DNA of 64,000 nucleotides, taken from positions 2,734 to 66,733 of the forward strand of contig JBIITV010000003.1 of the NCBI GenBank assembly GCA_044340325.1. The letters are read 5' to 3'. How positions within the stretch are numbered: the stretch's first letter is position 1; each line of letters begins with the position of its first letter. The translations under genes were made by a program, and so were the position numbers. The stretch comes from Lysobacteraceae bacterium. Its GTDB lineage: Bacteria > Pseudomonadota > Gammaproteobacteria > Xanthomonadales > Xanthomonadaceae. Below are positions 61,901 through 64,000 of this stretch, piece by piece. Below the pieces are notes generated by a model. The model ran no database searches. It was not told the DNA's origin and saw only the letters and a program-made list of their open reading frames with translations.

Positions 61901-64000
61901 CGGCCGGCAACCGCACCGTGGAAGAAGTGACCACCGCCGACACCTACGGGATGCAGGTGCGTACGCTGACCCGCACCACCTACGACAGCAACAACCGGGT
62001 CGAACGCGTGACCCAGGACGATGTGCTGACCGGCAAGCGCGTCTTCGATCTGATCACCGAGTACGACGCCAACGGCAACCGCCGCCATGTGCGCGCGGTG
62101 TCGGGCTACGGCCCGAACGTCGACGGCATTCCGGTGGACAACAGCGCGCCGGTGACGATCCGCACGGTCGACGACCGCACCGTGCGCAAGGGACTGACCT
62201 CGCAGTTCCGGCTGCTGTTCACCGACATCTTCCGCGACGCCGAACAGGACGCGCTGAGTTTGACCATCGCCCAGGGCAGCGGCGCCCCCCTGCCGGCATG
62301 GCTGGTGGCAACCCGCGATGCGAACACCGGCGAGATCGTGTTCACCGCGAATCCTTCGGCCGGCCTGGCCGACCAGGACATCGTGGTCAGGCTGACCGCG
62401 ACCGAGACCGCGAACACGCTCAATACGGTCAGCACCACCTTCACCGTCCGGGTGCGCAGCAACACTGCGCCTGCGCTGATCCAGGCGGGCGATATCGCGC
62501 TGCGGGTGAAGACCAGCCAGCCGTGGAACAAAGACCTGATCGCCAGCGACTACTTCCGCGACGCGGACGTGGGCGATGTGTTGAGCCTGAGCATCGAGAA
62601 TGCGCTGCCGTCCTGGCTGGCCATCGATGCCAGCAATCCCGGCGTGATCCGTCTCAGCGGCACGCCCACCGCTCCGAGCACATTCACCGTGCGTCTGCGC
62701 GCCACCGATCAGCAGGGCGCGTTCGTGGTCAAGCAGTTCGTGATCACGACGGCGCCGAACAGTGCGCCGTCGGTCGTGGCCGCGCCGACCCCGGTCGATG
62801 CGATCATCAGCCGCCAGTTCGACTGGACGCGCGATCTGTCGCAGGTGTTCACCGATCTCGACGGCGACCGCATGCAGGTCACCGCAAAGCTGAGCAACGG
62901 CGCCGCGCTGCCGGCGTGGATGTCGTTCCAGTACCTCTACGACCAGGCCACGCCGGAGATCAAGTTCAGCGGCAATGTGCCGACCGATGAAGTGAACGGC
63001 CGCGTTTACAGCATCGTGCTGACCGCGACCGATGTGGAAGGCGCCGCGACCACCACCACGCTCACGGTCAATGTCTTCGCCAACCGGGCGCCGGCACCGA
63101 CCGCCACTACGTTCGTCCTGCCGCCGCTTCGCGTCAATGACAACTACAGCCGGACCTTCCCGATCTCTGCGTTCTTCAACGACCCCGAGAACGACACGCT
63201 CAGCCTCGATACCGTGTTCCCGCAGGGTTCGACCTTGCCGGCGTGGTTGCGGATGGCGGTCGACTACACCGCGAAGACCGTGACCTTCTCGGGCCGTCCG
63301 ACCGTCAACACGCAGGCCGGCAGCTTCGCATTCGACGTGCGGGCGACCGACATCGCCGGGCTGACCGGCGTGAAGTCCTTCTCGATCGTGGTCGGTACCG
63401 ACAACGCGCCGGCGCGCAGCGCCGTGCCGCTGGCCGATCGCACCCTCAGCATCAACCGCAGCTTCACCTACACCCTGCCGGACGGCCTGTTCACCGACGC
63501 CGACGGCGATGCGTTCACGCTGAGCGCGTCGATGGTGGTGCAGGTGACCGAGATCGAGCCGGGTACGCCGACCTTCAACTGGGTCGACTATCAGCCGCTG
63601 CCGAGCTGGCTGACCTTCAACGCCGCCACCCGCACCTTCAGCGGCACCGTGCCGGCGAACGAGCCGGTCGGCAACTTCACCGTACGCGTGCAGGCGGTGG
63701 ACAGTCGTGGTCGTGTCAGTGCCGCCGACAATAATTTCGTCGGCGGCGCCAACAACAGTGCCGACGGCGATATCCGCTTCAACGTTCAGACCTGGACGAA
63801 TACAGCGCCGTTCTACAACGTCGGCACCCTGCCCAATCGCACCCTGGTGCATGGTGGTGCGGTGAACTTCGCGATGCCGGGCGGTGCGTTCACCGAGCCG
63901 GATGGCGACGCGATGACCTACAGCGCGCAGGTGCTGATCGGCAGCACCTGGACCAACATCAGCGCGCTGGGCCTGAGCATCAATGCGAGCACCGGTCAGA
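52921..64000 (+). CDS. Giant YD/RHS-repeat protein with tandem Ig/cadherin-like (He_PIG/CADG-type) domains; partial, runs off the right edge
   Basis: Frame 1 was open and protein-like wherever I spot-checked from ATG 52921 to 64000 (>3690 codons). N-terminal VNLSTGNLVLQD...LRTYNS (DUF6531-like). Dozens of YDAAGR-type repeats. N-x-A-P...LP(S/A)W(L/M) domains from about 62140. Confidence 0.92.
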   Translation, partial: MVAVFTGTGLGLYNTSYTQLGFTTGGSGGLGQSRESQYVNLSTGNLVLQDLDESLFVRGLNASFLRTYNSRGTVAGQGQDGWVTGFERNVTLTGTLNAAGSTMTLTTGDGQSVVFVYSGTANRYTTTGGDGAHDTLIWNATNLNWTYTEGSTRREELYADHANATLKGRLTRIRDLKSDGTTPAQYDIVYDASNRISEVRSIDGTVLVGQRDSIVFTYNAAGQLASISTREGGVLKGQVSYGYENGDGSGRLAWVQTDLTPEITTDNTWDGTTAANNDGKRFRTSYTYVSATASDLRIASVSTSDGVTVGYTYEADGSGGFRVKTVTQGSGGAAQTTTFTYGATTTDVVDGAGRTWTYEYDANKQLIAMLEPAVSGLRQKTSYTYDASGNLTRVSQAPSAGNAAVLDTVFRYDANGNRTLQRDLLGNTVAWTYNASNQVTAETRYTVADADGLDPTHVGTTNVPSGALVTRYMYDGRNRVRFVLNAAGEVREVTYAANGNGVGQVATERRYLGATYTGTTYTEAALNTWATDAAALRKSNSALTEYTYDAKGRLSQTTAYAAVTADVAGTGVLDASAEIARYTYSAQGLLLQKLTVRGAARTVTGAAPTTSEIVDYIYDGMGRLLSQLSRGADIAAMPDPRLDPTGYATWMAANDGATVLTAYAYTDSANQIRVTFDTGAARTATHNSAGQMVSASDVGVVSGSPVIRTTQSFYDNTGRLRATQDATGARMYYFYDPAGRLTAVVDGTGAVAKTVYDGVGRVVQTVAYATRVDTAAWLSGSTVVKDTLVFAATAPGLTANQAWVQTDAVNDRSGSQTYDSAGRLATQTDAAGLVTTYAYDGASRLLSATVAKPGDATVVPRVSRMFYDSADRMVATLDTAGYLTETLYDAGGRAVQTIRYATQTSSAFWATGTLAQLRPAANAANDQTTRLFYNARSQQIGMLDAEGHLTEFVYDDANNQRAVKAYAKRLTGLTGTETFAALRTSATTGAPAEAFRLTQRSYNGLGQLVTELNHEGTVTRYSYDEAGRLVKTEAAQGTTEVREGNRRYDVFGNVIGELTGEGSTRLIGGMSEAQIDAIYAQYGVRHSYDLVGRRIESVDAAGNKTWYFYDAAGRQTFTVRGMHDSGNVQNAQGEVVETRYNAFGQAIDSIAYTGRITLGVPGSRASVQTAISALSIGTTDSRTQFRYDTRGLLSERIDAENYRNLYTYTAFGELRTQQDLEANNSVRRTVTSSYDNRGLLSNQTEAGGTLSRSMGVVYDAFGRATTRTDARGNTITLTYDRLGRTVSQTANNVSGRNESVSTAYDAFSRVVSQTDALGRVTSYTHSDSGRSITVLTAEGVSVTTTQNRFGQGFTVTQTLPDGTVATTTTTYNKDGQVLTVTDPLNRISRSEYDARGLTVATVDGSGRRVDYTYDAAGRVLTRLEDGIDSKTNPGLRLTTTWVYDGQGRQIQVTDPSGVRTTLSYDRKGNLLEAILDPAGLALRTTYTWDRDGRQLTMTQGAGTAAAMTIAYAYDAFGRRSTETVSPGVLNLITTYTYDANDNVVSKLDASGRVTRFSYDAANRLRFSVDASGGVSEVVYDAAGRATMTRTFAKVAVISGLSAAPSEAEVAALVTSQTLANDALDEVSYRIYDRDGRLTMTVDGTGSVIEIVYDSAGRKVLERRYAQSAALTTTLRGQLQAGAATVATLRAAAGANAAKDVQTRYVYDAAGQVVFMLDAMGAVTRNWYDAAGRVVASRRYATAVNFASVTDTTSVATLQGLVIENLADQGEYRVYDGAGRVAYLIDLAGTLQQIGYDGAGRMTVTRTYATLFSVSTTLRDALRAGTATVADFSTFATTNEAAARAQAMVYDSAGRARYSVTRSAAGIAQVSETQYDAAGRVVASVQYGVNIGFSTSYSEAGVAAALSTALSPDPLTRANQIRTQRIVYDTAGRQRFMLDATGALAEWRYDGAGRVTDTIAYGQRPPATTTTETGLSAWAAAQPAADVRRTQSAYDASGRLQVRTDALNKTESFTYDGADRLLTRTDRNNAVWTYQYDAAGRRTAEITPQVSVSSVNSAGVLVPEPAPRSIVTRFTYDALGNVRTRTDNADAPVTADRRTTTYVYDNRGYQVSTIFPDAGSYNVTTNALDATGVQATIEITYNALGQAVVQKDVRNNFSYKTYDALGRVTYEVDQENNVSTYTYNAFGEVSSMRRFATALNTGVIAGWTAGQALSAAQLQTVGAIVANANDRTIDTAYTALGQKASVTQPQVTYYRNDGSAASGSPVKTFAYNAFGDLVTESDLLEGVPNSGSEVWATAYRYYDALGRNTLTVDALGYVTETKYNATGEAIETIEYARALSQTPNVNTRPGLPAPGDASTGDNRISRWGYDALGRKTSEISVRQYRRIDGSTGTSDVTAIYGYDNEGRVTSITDPTGVTTTTYDAIGRTTSVQEPTRATVVQGVDTFLGGSATRDLTSIALYEQRSPYTTMAYDAFGNAVAVRRYANGKNGANAAVADDSRDQVQLMRYDWQGRAVWERDGEGAVVTRSFDAADNITGVRYTLTGNEGRSAIVRVSNTYDKTGRQKTTLTERDLYLNGVTQNTTVVDTGETVTYNAFGEITGKTINGLTGGLAYAYDAAGRLISSNDSGAVRNFGYNLAGHQVRTSQNAYLSATDGVVVAVTFNRVDKLGRILEVKLPSHNASTATTSTITQRVDRWGNVVQIIDARGYQTDYEYNSLNQLVRETRPLVKVVAENGGVSWLRPVNQWYYDALGRLVATRDANGNLRSNEYDATGRMTASRDAYGNTTRHAYDALGNQRLMQNALGYLTFKEYDRRGQITAIGDYLPASNGTTREKTSLQRYVLNQNGDRIEVKNALNFAAQYDYDSRKQLIRSKTAMGVVMEYAYDAAARKVRERNGLSLPVNAPTYVDRESETVRLNELSWDYDVFGRVIDHNNLSGRDSDYAYNASSGQLTGETAAGGSGILTGNGSKTISYYANGRIRQVIEGATTYRYEYDAAGNRTVEEVTTADTYGMQVRTLTRTTYDSNNRVERVTQDDVLTGKRVFDLITEYDANGNRRHVRAVSGYGPNVDGIPVDNSAPVTIRTVDDRTVRKGLTSQFRLLFTDIFRDAEQDALSLTIAQGSGAPLPAWLVATRDANTGEIVFTANPSAGLADQDIVVRLTATETANTLNTVSTTFTVRVRSNTAPALIQAGDIALRVKTSQPWNKDLIASDYFRDADVGDVLSLSIENALPSWLAIDASNPGVIRLSGTPTAPSTFTVRLRATDQQGAFVVKQFVITTAPNSAPSVVAAPTPVDAIISRQFDWTRDLSQVFTDLDGDRMQVTAKLSNGAALPAWMSFQYLYDQATPEIKFSGNVPTDEVNGRVYSIVLTATDVEGAATTTTLTVNVFANRAPAPTATTFVLPPLRVNDNYSRTFPISAFFNDPENDTLSLDTVFPQGSTLPAWLRMAVDYTAKTVTFSGRPTVNTQAGSFAFDVRATDIAGLTGVKSFSIVVGTDNAPARSAVPLADRTLSINRSFTYTLPDGLFTDADGDAFTLSASMVVQVTEIEPGTPTFNWVDYQPLPSWLTFNAATRTFSGTVPANEPVGNFTVRVQAVDSRGRVSAADNNFVGGANNSADGDIRFNVQTWTNTAPFYNVGTLPNRTLVHGGAVNFAMPGGAFTEPDGDAMTYSAQVLIGSTWTNISALGLSINASTGQ

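Noticed and set aside
53557-63852. 1112-aa and 1022-aa minus-strand ORFs
   Set aside because: Shadows of the giant RHS gene, whose frame-1 translation is clearly the real protein.

Overview
High-GC bacterial DNA, most consistent with a Xanthomonadales/Lysobacterales gammaproteobacterium (inferred from the XVIPCD-like effector, kinase-linked ECF sigma factor and REP-like repeats). Left to right: (1) 1-10.8 kb, a divergent gene pair-of-operons around a Zur-type box at 6508-6522. Leftward are folE, phoD, a COG0523 GTPase, a signal-peptide Mn-SOD and a CocE/NonD hydrolase. Rightward are a 72-aa protein, DUF1826, an M1 peptidase and DUF6702. (2) 12.3-18.1 kb, a second Zur-boxed cassette (TonB-dependent receptor, ABC ATPase, two DUF3526-type permeases), bracketed by a mosaic direct repeat that includes a 185-bp, about 98% identical copy of a neighbouring gene's 3' end. 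(3) 18.4-26.1 kb, an S46 peptidase, an ECF sigma factor, a Ser/Thr kinase and two tandem secreted paralogs. (4) 26.4-32.3 kb, a Crp/Fnr regulator with dehydrogenase genes, one broken by an in-frame TGA. (5) 32.4-35 kb, an orphan immunity/effector pair resembling Xanthomonas T4SS X-Tfi/X-Tfe. (6) Miscellaneous genes, a low-GC HNH islet and a GH13 lipoprotein. (7) MFS, cyoABCD, SURF1 and regB/regA. (8) From 52.9 kb to the edge, a giant (>3690 aa) YD/RHS protein with tandem Ig/cadherin-like domains. No rRNA, tRNA, CRISPR array or IS transposase was seen. Identities and counts were made by eye, and family names come from motif recognition, not database searches.
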